A stretch of 63,771 nucleotides of DNA, the filler included, from Folioceros fuciformis (taxonomy: Eukaryota), in NCBI GenBank assembly GCA_049999805.1. It is 5 parts of 5 records of this genome, joined end to end, with 100 filler letters (N's around TTAATTAATTAA, not from the genome) between each part and the next. Parts side by side here need not be neighbours in the genome. Positions count along the whole stretch, not along the records: positions 18,930 to 39,029 come from JBNGIO010006261.1; positions 39,130 to 59,517 come from JBNGIO010006263.1; 3 more parts are not named here. One strand, 5' to 3'. The first letter of the stretch is position 1. Each line of letters begins with the position of its first letter. Of this stretch, positions 38,201 to 49,712 are shown piece by piece. The position numbers were made by a program, and so were the translations under genes. The notes beneath the pieces were generated by a model that saw only the letters and a program-made list of their open reading frames with translations, had not been told where the DNA came from and searched no databases.

Positions 38201-39029
38201 GAGAGATTTGTTGACTATGTTAACTATTCGCAAAGACAAATTGGAAATAAGGTCAAGGTTTTGCGAAGCGATGGAGGTGGAGAGTTTACTGGCCGCGAAT
38301 TTCAAGAGTACTGTAGGTCGTCTAGAATTGGCAGACAGATCAAGGTTCCGTATACTTCCAGTCAGAATCCACTTGCAGAGTCTAAAAATCGGTACCTACA
38401 AGAAACAGCCAAGGCCATGCTATATCAGTCTGGGCTGTCAAGGAGGTATTGGGCTGAGGCGGTACACACAGCCACTTATCTTCTAAATCGAACTTCCTAC
38501 TGCAGCCTTCATGAACTCCACGCCTTTCGAGCGCTGGACTGGCAGAAAACCAACGATATCACATCTTAGAATTTTTGGGTGCAAAGTTTACATCCATGTA
38601 CCTAAAGAGATTCGAACAAAGCTCGACTACAAGGCAAGACAGATGCTCTTCGTTGGATACACAGAAGGCGTTAAGGGATATAAGGTCTATGACCCAGGCA
38701 TAGGCAGAGCTACGCATGCTCGTTTCGGGAAGTTTGACGAGAGGTCCATATTAACTACATCACTACACAAGTTAAATGAGAACAGAATACCTGCTAGTGA
38801 TCTTGAAGAAGCAGAAACATGTGAAGTTACCTATGGCAGTGTTGGCCAGGCTTCGCAAGTGCCGTCTAACCATTCGAACTATGGCAAGACTCAACATACT
38901 GAAACTGTTGGTGAACCAGGAAAATCTCTGAATCTGCAGGAGGTTTTGGACCCTGTAGATGAGGACAGTGATCACGAGTCAGTGGGAGCTCATGATTCAG
39001 ATGGTCACACTCTCATGAGCAGTGCTAGT
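35294..39029 (+). mobile_element. Ty1/Copia family D 5' part (LTR ~35294-35504, PBS 35505-35516, long leader, gag-PR-IN), truncated by a gap
   Basis: PBS TGGTATCAGAGC. ORF 36319-37950 has gag, CNWCRNMGHIEADC and WYIDSGAS; frameshifted integrase at 37922-39029. Confidence 0.9.
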
Positions 39030-41981
39030 NNNNNNNNNNNNNNNNNNNNNNNNNNNNNNNNNNNNNNNNNNNNTTAATTAATTAANNNNNNNNNNNNNNN
39101 NNNNNNNNNNNNNNNNNNNNNNNNNNNNNTGGAGCACACCACGAGCCTAGGGCTTGTGGCGGCTGCAAGGGACTCGCGCAAGGATCAGAGTGCGGCGGCG
39201 GCAAGTAGCGAAGATTCGACAGCGAAGAAAGCGAAGTTGTGAATGAGTCACAAGTTGGGATGGTGAATAATTAGAGCGGCGTAAGCATGCGGCTAAGTGG
39301 GATTGCAAAAAAATGTGAAATAATAGGTCTAGCCTTAGTTTAGCTGCTAGGACTAGAATTAGTAAGTAGATATGAAAAGCCACATGACATGGCTAATAAC
39401 TGTAATAACTAAATTACAGGCGGGGGTATTTAAAGACGCCCGCTGACAATAAAGATAGCCTTCTATTGTAGATTTTGAATGGTATCAGAGCAAGATTCTT
39501 AGGAGGGAACCCGACGTTGGGAGATTGAAGGATGGCTGTGACTCATGGGCGTAGTTGCGCTCTTTCAAGAAACCCAGCAACGCAGAATTTCAAGTCAATC
39601 TGACTTGAATTGCACAACACCCAGAGGGTCTTGATAGGGCGCCTGCACGCGCACGGTTAGATGTCTTCGAACTTCAGATGAAACAAGCGAAAAGGTCTAA
39701 GCACGATGTCGCGCAATCGCGGTAGAAGATATGACGAAAGTTTGAAGGAGAAAAACTCCTTGCATCAAGAATCGTTGGCAGCTATCCACAGCAAAATATC
39801 GAAAAGCAATTCTGAGGAAACTGGAGACAAGAATGCCCCGCCTCAGGACCAATGCCAAGATCCACATCTGCAGAACGCCTGAGAGGGCGTACACCAACGT
39901 GGCTGGCAGGCCATTCTAGAACTAGATCAGAATCACCGCCGCCACACCAATTATGGGTTCCAGAAAGTGAGAAATACAAGAACCCATCAACAGCATTGGT
40001 AAGCGTGAATTGAGTGAAGATGGCAAACATCAAACTGGATTTCAAGGACAAAGATCGGTTTGCTGGGCAAAACTACGACGTGTGGGCCCAGCGTATTAGA
40101 ACGCTTCTTCAAGTTGAAGATCTTTGGGACATCGTGGATGGAAGCACACCAAAACCTGTAACCCCACCTGCAACAGCTGCGGAGATAGCGGCTTGGGAGA
40201 AAAAGGACCTCAAAGCAAGGGCAATCCTGGAGCTCGCAATGGACGGATCTATGATGCACCACATCGACGACGCAATGACGTCACACGGAGCCTGGTCGGG
40301 GCTGAACCAGATGTTCGCCAGTACAAGTCAGTCCTCCTTGGTGCATGCAACCAGACTTTCCTGGAATTGTAAAATGAAAGATGGAGATTCCATCGAAGAT
40401 CATGTCATGAAATTTTGCCACCTCAGACAACGCCTTGCATCTGCTGGAACGAGAGTTTCTGAATTGCAAGCATCTGTAGCTTTGCTAATGTCTCTTCCTG
40501 ACAAATATAAAGCCTTTGTTAGTACACAAAACGGGCAATTAAGAATTGCCGTAGCTGCAAATGTGTCTCTGTCAAATACCATTGGAGCACTCTTAGAAGA
40601 AGAGGCAGCTAGCGGCTCAAGCAAAATCAACAAGGGACGAATAGAGTCCTTTACGCAGGAAGAGGAGGCATAGGGGGCAGAGGAGGCAGAGGGGCCTATG
40701 GTAGACCTGCATCATGGCAGGGCAGACCCAAGTATAACACACAGCAAGGAGGAAATCAGGGAAAGCCTAAGAAACTGACCTATTATTGGTGTGGAATACC
40801 TGGACATGTTGAGACGGAGTGCCGGAAGAAAAAAAGGCCGGCGAGCCCAAGAAGACTGCAAGCCAGGAATCAAACGTGGTTACTCGAAACAAATCACCCA
40901 CTAGTTCCATCCTTGCAATATATCTGGCACACACAAAGTCAGATAAGAATCAATGGTTTCTGGATTCCGGGGCATCAACCCACATTTGCCATAGTAGAAA
41001 AAGCTTTGCCAAATATACAAAATATGAAGAAGGGCACTACGTGGTGCTTGGTGACGACAGCGGACTTGCTATAGCCGGTGTTAGAGACATTGCAATCAAG
41101 CTGAAAAGTGGAAATGTAGTGACACTAGGACAAGTGCTACACGTACCTCAGATGCGCAAGAATTTGATCTCAGTAAGAAGAATCTGCGCAGATTGGCAAG
41201 CAAGGGTTGAGTTTAGCAAAGATGAATGCTTCCTAAAACAGAAGGATTCAGGAGAAAACTTAGCATGTGGGTTACCTGTCGCAGAGCTTTATCAGTTGGA
41301 CTGTAGGTCCATAACTGGAAGTGGGATAGAATAAGCTAACTTGGCACATCGCCCCGAGTCAGAAGATGACAAGCTGGCCATGTTATGGCACTGCCGACTA
41401 GGGCATCCTAACTTCAATCAGTTGGCAAGTATGGTGAAGGAAAGCGAAAAATTGTATGTGGACCCGATAAAGGTGAACATAGACAAAGATCTAATATGTG
41501 AAGCAAGCGCATTAGCCAAAGCCAACAAGAAGGTGAAGCAGGACAAAAATGCTACGAGGGCAACTCATTTGCTTGAGGTCGTGCATATAGACCTGTGCGG
41601 ACCGATGTCCGTAACCTCGATGGGTGGTGCTAATTATTTCATGGCCTTGGTAGATGACTGGAGCAGATTCACGGTGACTTACTTCTTGGGTAGAAAAAGT
41701 GAAGCGCTGGAGAAGTTCCGTGAATATGTCGCAAGTGCGCAAAGAGCAACCGGACACCAAGTCAAGACCCTTCGTACAGACAACGGAGGAGAGTTCACTA
41801 GCCATGATTTCGAAGATTTCTGCAAGGAGATGGGAATCAGCAAACAGCTGACGGTTCTATACACTTCGAGCCAGAATCCGCTGGTTGAATCAAAGAATCG
41901 CTATATGCAGGAAGGTGCTAAAGCGTTGCTACAACAAGCAGGAATGTCACGAAGGTTTTGGGTTGAGGCAATCCAAACCTT

Positions 41982-42376
41982 TGTTAAGCATGATTAATGT
42001 TGAGATTAATTAGTGCTAATCCAGCTTATTGAGTTTGTACTAATTAGTGGTAAGAGTGATTAAGGTTATGATTAATATATTTAGCTTATCAGACTTTGTT
42101 ATGTTAGGCAAAAAGGTATTGTAGGGTTTGGCGTCATTTATCCCATATTGGGCACGAAATGAGAGTGCCACCCATAGGTCCATAAAAGAAGGGATGAACC
42201 CACCTAGTATTTGTAGTCTAACTCCCTCTTCACTTGTATTGTGTTGTTTTTTGTAATTCTCCATTTATTTGAGTTTAAGAGCCTTGTTATAGTGCTCTTA
42301 TTTTTGGGATTCTGCATCTTGCTTCAACTAACTTGTTTTAACCTCTTTTGAGCATGGCGGGGGTGACATCTCAACA
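41982..42376. mobile_element. Unpaired LTR-like segment (TGTT...AACA) at the Copia E / Gypsy junction
   Basis: AT-rich 395-bp block with TGTT/AACA termini that interrupts the Copia integrase at EAIQT. Confidence 0.55.
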
Positions 42377-44475
42377 GGTTCTGGGCCCACACAGCAAATG
42401 TGGTGGCCCGATTTTTGTTTGAGCAAATCATCACAAGGTATGGGTGCCCATTGGAGCTGGTGAGTGATAGGGGGACTCACTTTTTCAATGAAGTAGTCAA
42501 GCACATGACTGAATATTTCAATATCAGTCATAGGAAGACCACTCCCTACAACCCTAAGGCCAATGGACTCATGGAGAAGGCTAATGGGCTGTTGTGCAAG
42601 ATTCTCGGCAAGCTCACCGTCACCTATGCTCATGATTGGGATAGGAAGCTCCATTCAGCCTTGTGGGCATATAGGACTGCTGAGAAGGTTACTACCCAGC
42701 AGACCCCTTATTACCTTACCTATGGACACTCACCGATCATGCCCATCGAATTTGAGGTACTTACCTTGAGAATGCAGGAGAGCAATCGATTGCCCGTGGA
42801 GGAGAGCCAGCTGGAGAGGCTAACCAGTTTTGTGCAGCATGATGAGGATAGGGAACGGGCCTTGGCTGTTTTCCTTGATGTTCAGGAGAGGAGGAAGAAG
42901 TGGCACGACCAGAAGTTGCGTAAACAAGAGTATGTTGTGCCTGGAGATTTAGCCTTGTTATATGACAATAGGTACATGCACTTTCCAGGTAAGCTGCACT
43001 TGAGATGGATGGGACCTTACAGGGTGCTGGAAGTGTATGAGAATGGGTCCATCCAACTACAGCACCTCAACGGCCCTAACTTGCCAACTAGGGTTAATGG
43101 CTGGCGGGTGAAGAAATATTATCAGTAGTTGGCGAGGACGCCAACAAATGAGAAGGGGAGTATGTGGACTCCACATGCTGAATAGGTCCTTGGAAAATGG
43201 TAGGATTTCTCTTTTTGGGAATCTCTAAGTGAACCCTGTGGTGAAATGGTTAAAAGATTAGGTTAGATTAGTAGCTAGATTAATGGTGAGGCGAGACGCA
43301 TCTTTGAAGGGTTGCTGGAATGATCTGAGAGAAGGGATGGAATGATTTAAGAGAGGAGGGAGAGTGTTGAGAGGCACTGACCATTTTGGTAGTCTTGAGA
43401 GGTTGGTCAATTTTGGTAAGGGCACCCAGTGGTGTCCATGGGACACAACCCCTATTAGGTCAGAACTAGGTTTGGGTCAAAGTTAGGTTTAGGTCAGAAT
43501 TAGGGGCGGCTTAGGTCAGAGAGAGATTGCTGGGTGGTTGACTGAGGCTAACCCTAATGAATAGAGATGGAGGTTTGGGCCAAGGTAGTATAAGAGGATA
43601 GACCTGCCATTGAGGAGGGGGTTGTCTACGGTGCGATTTCCCTGGACCTTGGGTGCAGAACTCCTGGCTTAGGGCGCTGAGCTGGTGGAGACTAAACCAA
43701 GGTCCTGATTTCCCTTGCCACTAGGGGAACGTGGAGGATCCCAAGACTGCCAAGATTCGTGTGGCCGGATCCACAATGGCTGACCACCTTGCATGCTGGC
43801 TGAGGTGAGGTTGCAGGGCCGTGAGCCAAGGGGGCTACCCAGCCCTAGGCCTCGTCTCTGCCTTGAAGGCTGCAAGAGGGAAGGCTGTTGTGTTCCAAAT
43901 TGCAGGAGAGAAGGGTTGAGTTGCAGATTTTGGAAGTGGAAGTGTTGAAGTGAGGAGTTGAGCTGAAGTGAGGGGCTGGAGGGTGAAGTGAAGTGCTGAA
44001 GTGAAGGACTGAAGTGCTGAAGTGAAGGACTGAAATACTAGAGTGAAGTGCTGAAGTGGTGCAATGAAGTGTTGAAGCTGGAGTGAGGAGCTAGCTGAAG
44101 TTGAGGTTCTCGTTCAGCTGCGGAGGTAGCTAGCACTAGGTGTTGAGTGTTGGAGGCCAGACTTGGGGCTGGAGCCTTCTCTTAGCACTGAAGTGATTGA
44201 TACTTGGAGTTGGAAACGAGGGCTGAAGACAATGCTGGAGTTCTCATTTTGTTGAGGCTGGGGTTGGTGTTGTGGTAGGAGCCGAAGACAGGACCGAGAA
44301 TTCTGATCTATTGCTGTAGCACTTGGTATATGCTAATAGATAGGGTGAGATTAGGGAGATGTGGGTAACCTTGACATTAGTTCACTCCCTTGCGAGCGAA
44401 TCATAAGACTGCAACGATAATAAGGGGAAGTGTGGCCCCTTGGTGGTTCTTGGGTGTGCAAGAAATCACTCCACA
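42377..44475 (+). mobile_element. Ty3/Gypsy (Athila-like non-chromovirus) 3' fragment: integrase to 43128, PPT, 1.3-kb LTR 43163-44475
   Basis: Integrase motifs RYGCPLELVSDRGTHF, YNPKANG and HFPGKLHLRWMGPY; PPT AAATGAGAAGGGGAGTA; LTR TGTGGA...TCCACA. Confidence 0.88.
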
Positions 44476-46152
44476 GTATGCAAACTGCTCAAGACAATCT
44501 ATGGCCTAAAACAGTCAGCGCGTGCCTGGAATCGAAGAATTCATAAGTACCTTCTCAGGTGTGGATTCGAGCAATCGAAAGTAGATGGTAACGTATATGT
44601 TTACAGAAAAGGTGGGAGCATAGCTTACCTTGCACTTTATGTTGACGACACTCTCATTATAGCATCAACAGATCAAATACTGAGAACAGTAAAAGGACTC
44701 CTATCAGCAGAATTCAGCATGACTGATATTGGGGAGCTCACGTTTTTCCTCGAGGTGCAGACTATAGTGAATCGTGAGGTAGGCCACATCACATTACATC
44801 AGCAACATTACATTCTCCGGCTGTTAGAAAAATTTGGACTATCAGGAGCGAAACCCGCAAGCACACCTGAAGCAGCTGGCTTAATATTGAGCAAGGAGCA
44901 GTCACCGCAAGATGAAGAAGAGCGCCGGCAGATGGAAACAGTCCCATACCGGATGCTGGTGGGTTGTCTTCTATGGGTGAGCAATTGGACTCGCCCTTAC
45001 ATCGCACATGCCACCTCGTGCGTGTCGCAATTCCTTGCGAACCCTGGCCAACCACATTGGATAGCCACCAAAAGGATCTTGCGGTACTTGAAGGGGACTT
45101 CGAATTTGAGCCTAAAATATGTAAGAATCCCTAACCAGAAGCAGCTGGATTTTGAGTGCTGGACAGATGCCGATTGGGCGGCGGACAAAGACACACGAAG
45201 GTCAGTTACTGCCTACTGCATCAAGATGTGCGGATGCGCCGTTACCTGGTCATCAAAGAAGCAGGCGACGGTGGCTCTATCATCAACAGAAGCAGAGTAC
45301 GCAGCAGTGGCAGCAGCGACACATGAAATTTTCCACCTGAGAGCATTGATGAAGTCCGTCGGGTATGAGCAGCGAGAACCATCAGTGTTGCACTATGATA
45401 ACCAGTCAGCCATAGCTTTGGCGAAGAATCCGATCATGCACGCTCGCACATGGCATGTGGAGGTGAAGATGCTTTTCACCCGAGATGCTGTAGAGGAGAA
45501 GCTGGTTGAGCTCAGGTACGTAGCAACCAGCCAGAATATGGCCGACGTTCTGACATAAGCGCTGCCAAGCGCCAAACACATGGAGCACACCACGAGCCTA
45601 GGGCTTGTGGCGGCTGCAAGGGACTCGTGCAAGGATCAGAGTGCGGCGGCGGCAAGTAGCGAAGATTCGACAGCGAAGAAAGCAAAGTTGTGAATGAGTC
45701 ACAAGTTGGGATGGTGAATAATTAGAGCGGCGTAAGCATGCGGCTAAGTGGGATTGCAAAAAAATATGAAATAATAGGTCTAGCCTTAGTTTAGCTGCTA
45801 GGACTAGAATTAGTAAGTAGATATGAAAAGCCACATGACATGGCTAATAACTGTAATAACTGAATTACAGGTGGGGGTATTTAAAGACGCCTGCTGACAA
45901 TAAAGATAGCCTTCTATTGTAGATTTTGAAGAAGTTGACCCAGCAGGTGACCACGTTGCAAACTTCCCAACAAGGTTTATCACATGAGATCATTGCATGT
46001 CGAAGGGACCTCGCCCAGTCTGAGGAAACTACGAAGGTGGTGGAGGAACAGCTACGGGAACAAGTCTACGTTGCAAAGGATTTACAATAAAAGTCAGGCC
46101 TGGGCTGGTAGCCGGACAAATTACTGCGGTAGCCCAAACCACTGCGCCAGCC

Positions 46153-47790
46153 ATGACTACTGTTCCAGTTGCTGTGACTACTAAGCAGTCATATCCCCTG
46201 TATGGAGAGAAGAAAGGATACGAGGACCCTGACGCTTTTGTTGAGCGTTTTGAACAGTTAACCATCTCGAATCAGGAGGCGAATGACGCACAGCGCGTGC
46301 AGCTGTTCTATGGAGTTCTGCGAGGAGCCGCTGCCAAATGGTACAAGAGGGAGTACTTGAAGACAACAACACCTACGGCCACCTTCGACGCACTCAAGAG
46401 GTCATTTTGTGAGAGATTCCGCGGGGTGGATGTCGAAGGGTATGTCCTGTCAAAATTGGAGAGGCTACCGCGAAGGCAAAGGGAGACGCTGCAAGCATAT
46501 GTGGAGAGGTTCCACAGTCTGCGAGATCGAGCGGGACCTCATTCGGAGCTAATGGCTATTCGATGGTTCGCAAGGGGTCTTGGGTCAGCCATGGGCAGAC
46601 ACCTGCGCCTGCAAGCAGAGAGGGATCTGGAGCGAGCCATAAGGGCTGCGCTGAATTATGAGGAATCCAACGCGGAAGTAAAAAAGAAGGCTCGGAAGGA
46701 GGAGAAATGGAGTCATGAGGGGAGGAAGAAACATTCAAAGGGAAAGAAGAAATACTCCTCCTCGGAGGATGACTCATCAGCGGAGGAGGGATCCTCGAGT
46801 ACCGTTTCGGACAGTGCGACCATTGAGGATTCGTCAAGTTCAGAGGAAGACTCATCGGAGGACGAGAGAAGAAGGAGGAAGCATAGGCAGTCGGGTAAGC
46901 CAAGATCGCGAAAAAAAATTCAGTCCAGAAATAGGGAGTCCGGGAGGATCAAGGTAGAGCCTGGGAGTGCGAAGAGAGGGGCTGAGCAAGTGAGGAAGGA
47001 GGTAGAGTTGGCAACCAAGAAGGTTGAACAGCAAGGGAACAAGATGGGAGAGATTCTGGCCAAACTGGAAAAACTTCAAATCAATGCTGTGAAGGACCAT
47101 GAGAGGAGGAGGGTCGCGACGGGGGGAAGGGCAAATCTTTTTTGTTCAACATGCGGACAGCAGGGACACTCTAGGGCGAGTTGTCCGTAGGTTAAGGTGC
47201 AGTTCGTGGAATACGAAGAGGAGGAGGAGGAGGCTTACTTGGAGGACGCCTATCAAATTCAGGAAACGATGCCCATGATGGGATACCCCAAGACGGTCTA
47301 CCCTCCACATTTACGTAACAATGCACCCATACGAGGAAAGACCCCCAGAAATCCGACGCAGCTGACAACAATCCAGTGCTATAATTGTCGAGGCATAGGG
47401 CACTTTGTGAACAGCTGTCCCTCGGCGACGTGCCAAGGGAATGGGGACTATGAGAGGCTGTGCACTGACTGCAAGCAAATGGGCCATGTGGCTGGAAGTG
47501 TTTTATGTGCTGCACCAAGGAAACACGTGAGGATTGCCCCCACCCCAGCAGCGGTGATTCAGGCCCCTGGTCCAAGTGCTCCTCCTGCGATACCGGTGAT
47601 GGACGCATTAATGGCTGTATGGGAAGATGCAGAAGGAAGCATGTTGAGGAAGTTGGAAGGATTGGGTGGCTTGGACGGACAATATTACGAGGAAGCCCCT
47701 GCGATGGCCGTCCGAACTCGGGGACGAGCAAAAGCAGCAAAGAACAAGCAGTCGGGGCAGAGGGAGCATGGAGGAAAGGACCGAACTACA
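46153..47790 (+). mobile_element. Ty3/Gypsy gag (retrotransposon gag domain, S/E/K-rich linker, three Zn knuckles) with an in-frame TAG at 47188-47190
   Basis: LRGAAAKWY...F..LK..F..RF gag motif; CSTCGQQGHSRASC, then in the same frame CYNCRGIGHFVNSC and CTDCKQMGH. Confidence 0.8.
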
Positions 47791-48727
47791 TCCTCTAGTT
47801 CAGAGTATTATTCTCAAACTAAGCCGTTTTCCTTACACTTTCACAAAAAAAAAATGATGTCCACACCTTCTGTCGCTGAAAAAGGGAATTCCGAATATTT
47901 TTTTCCTCTACATACTCCCCTTTTCATTTGTTGGCGTCTTGCCAACCTAGGCATAGTACTTCTTCACTCGCCAACCGTTGACTCTGGTCGGCAACGGTTG
48001 CCCATCCAACTGCTGCAACTGAATGTAGCCGTTGGCAAAAACTTCAACTACCTGATAAGGACCCATCCACCTCAGATGCAGCTTTCCAGGAAAATGCATA
48101 TACCTGTTGTCATACAGCAGAGCTAAATCTCCATGTACCACCCATTCCTGTTTTTTCAGCTTGCGATCATGCCACTCTTTCCGTTTTGCCTACATTTCCT
48201 GCATAGCCTCTAGTGCCTGCTCCCTGTTTTCAGTGTGCCTTATGAAACTAACTAGGCACTCCAGCTGACTCTCCTCCACTGACATGTGCTTCTCCCTCTG
48301 AATGCGCAAGGTTTAGGGTTTAGACTCCACTAGCATCATCGGGTGATGCCCATAAGTAAGGTAGTAAGGCGTTCTCTGCGTTGTGATCCTCTCTACTGTC
48401 CTATACACCCATAGTGCCGAGTAAAGTTTGAGGTCCCTGTCGTAAGCATACTCCACTGTCAGGTTATTTAGTATTCGGCACAGAAGTCCATTCCCCTTCT
48501 ACATCAATCCATTAGCCTTTGGGTTGTAAGGAGTCGTTCATCGATGTTGCACATTGAGATGCTCCACCAGGTGAGTGATAATCTCATTAATAAAGTGTGT
48601 TCCTTGATCACTCACCAACTCCAAGGGACATTCATAGCGGGTAATCACCTGCTCGAACAAGAACTTAGCTTCCACATGGGCTGTGTCCACTTGAAGAGGT
48701 TGTGCTTCCACCATCCGTGTACAGTAG
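47790..48727 (-). mobile_element. Degenerate Gypsy integrase 3' end with PPT and the start of an LTR at 47912 (paralog of 42400-43128)
   Basis: FLFEQVITRYECPLELVSDQGTHF and HFPGKLHLRWMGPY on the minus strand; PPT followed by TGTAGAGG. Confidence 0.85.
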
Positions 48728-49142
48728 TGTGGGGGAAAATATTGCACCCGGGGGTGTTGCGAGGTCCACACAAACCCTCTTTGTCATTATAGCTCAGGGA
48801 TTCGGTCCCAAAGGAATGATTTGTGTCAAATAACATAGGTTTTCTCTAAAAGTCGGTTCTACCCTAGGTCGGTTCGGTGGCACCCTCTACTGCCGCATCC
48901 GCGGCGCCGCTCCTGCTGCTGCTGCTTGAGCATAGGGCTTGAGACCCCTGCACCTTGGGATGCTGCGCATGGAACCCCAGATGCTGGATGCTATCCTCAC
49001 TTCGGTGCTCCGAGTCAGTATTAGGAGAAACCTATGTTACTTGGCACAAATCATTCCCTTGGGATCGAATCCCATGGCTACAACGACAAAGAGGGTTTGT
49101 GTGGACCTCGCGGTGTCCCTGGACATAACATTTTCCTCCACA
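48728..49142. repeat. Imperfect inverted repeat, ~120-bp arms (48728-48848 and 49021-49142) around a Copia-B leader fragment
   Basis: GAGGTCCACACAAACCCTCTTTGTC... on + is matched by its reverse complement; both arms begin TGTGG(G/A)GGAAAAT. Confidence 0.85.
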
Positions 49143-49712
49143 GGTGTTCCTGCAAGAATCAAGCGCCGTTAGCTCAACCGCCGCTTCTGCCATCTGTAGC
49201 CACTCCAGGGTTTGCTTGCACACCGCGCCGTCACCATCGCCTGTCAGGAGATGGCGGCTGTTGCCATGCCTGCTGCCTCCTCCCTGGGCACTGCGTTCAC
49301 CTCGTCCAGCCTAGATGTTTGGGCGTCCATTTGCCCACAGTCCGCTCCCCAACACTGCCTCAATCGTGGTTGCACTCCACTTCGAAAATGCCCCCCGGAC
49401 ACTTGGACTTCCCCTTAGGATTTACATCTTCCGGATGTCGTTCCTGTTTCCATGACCGCTACCAGCTTCCACTACTAGTTACTCCTTCTGCGACCACTTT
49501 GCCCATTCCGCGACCGTCATCAGGCTGTGACTACCTCCCCTCTCAAACTAAGTCCACACAAAGACTAAGACACTCTACTCCCGGTTTGACCTCTAGCTCC
49601 CAACACAAAATGACTCTACTGTCTCTGGGGTCCCCCCTTATATAGGCTTTTTTGAATTGTTCAAAGGCCAAAGACCAAGGAACAATCAGGCCCCCTAGTC
49701 TAAGGACCAATT

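Larger units (their letters stand above)
39304..45930 (+). mobile_element. Ty1/Copia family E with 176-bp LTRs (39304-39479, 45755-45930); internally deleted and invaded by Gypsy sequence
   Basis: Near-identical LTRs, PBS at 39480, gag 40020-40673, PR-IN 40819-41980, RT-RNase H 44476-45693 (LALYVDD, WTDADWA), PPT before the 3' LTR. Confidence 0.92.

Noticed and set aside
35294-39479. Single element running from LTR D to the LTR at 39304
   Set aside because: The two LTRs are different sequences and an artificial gap separates them.
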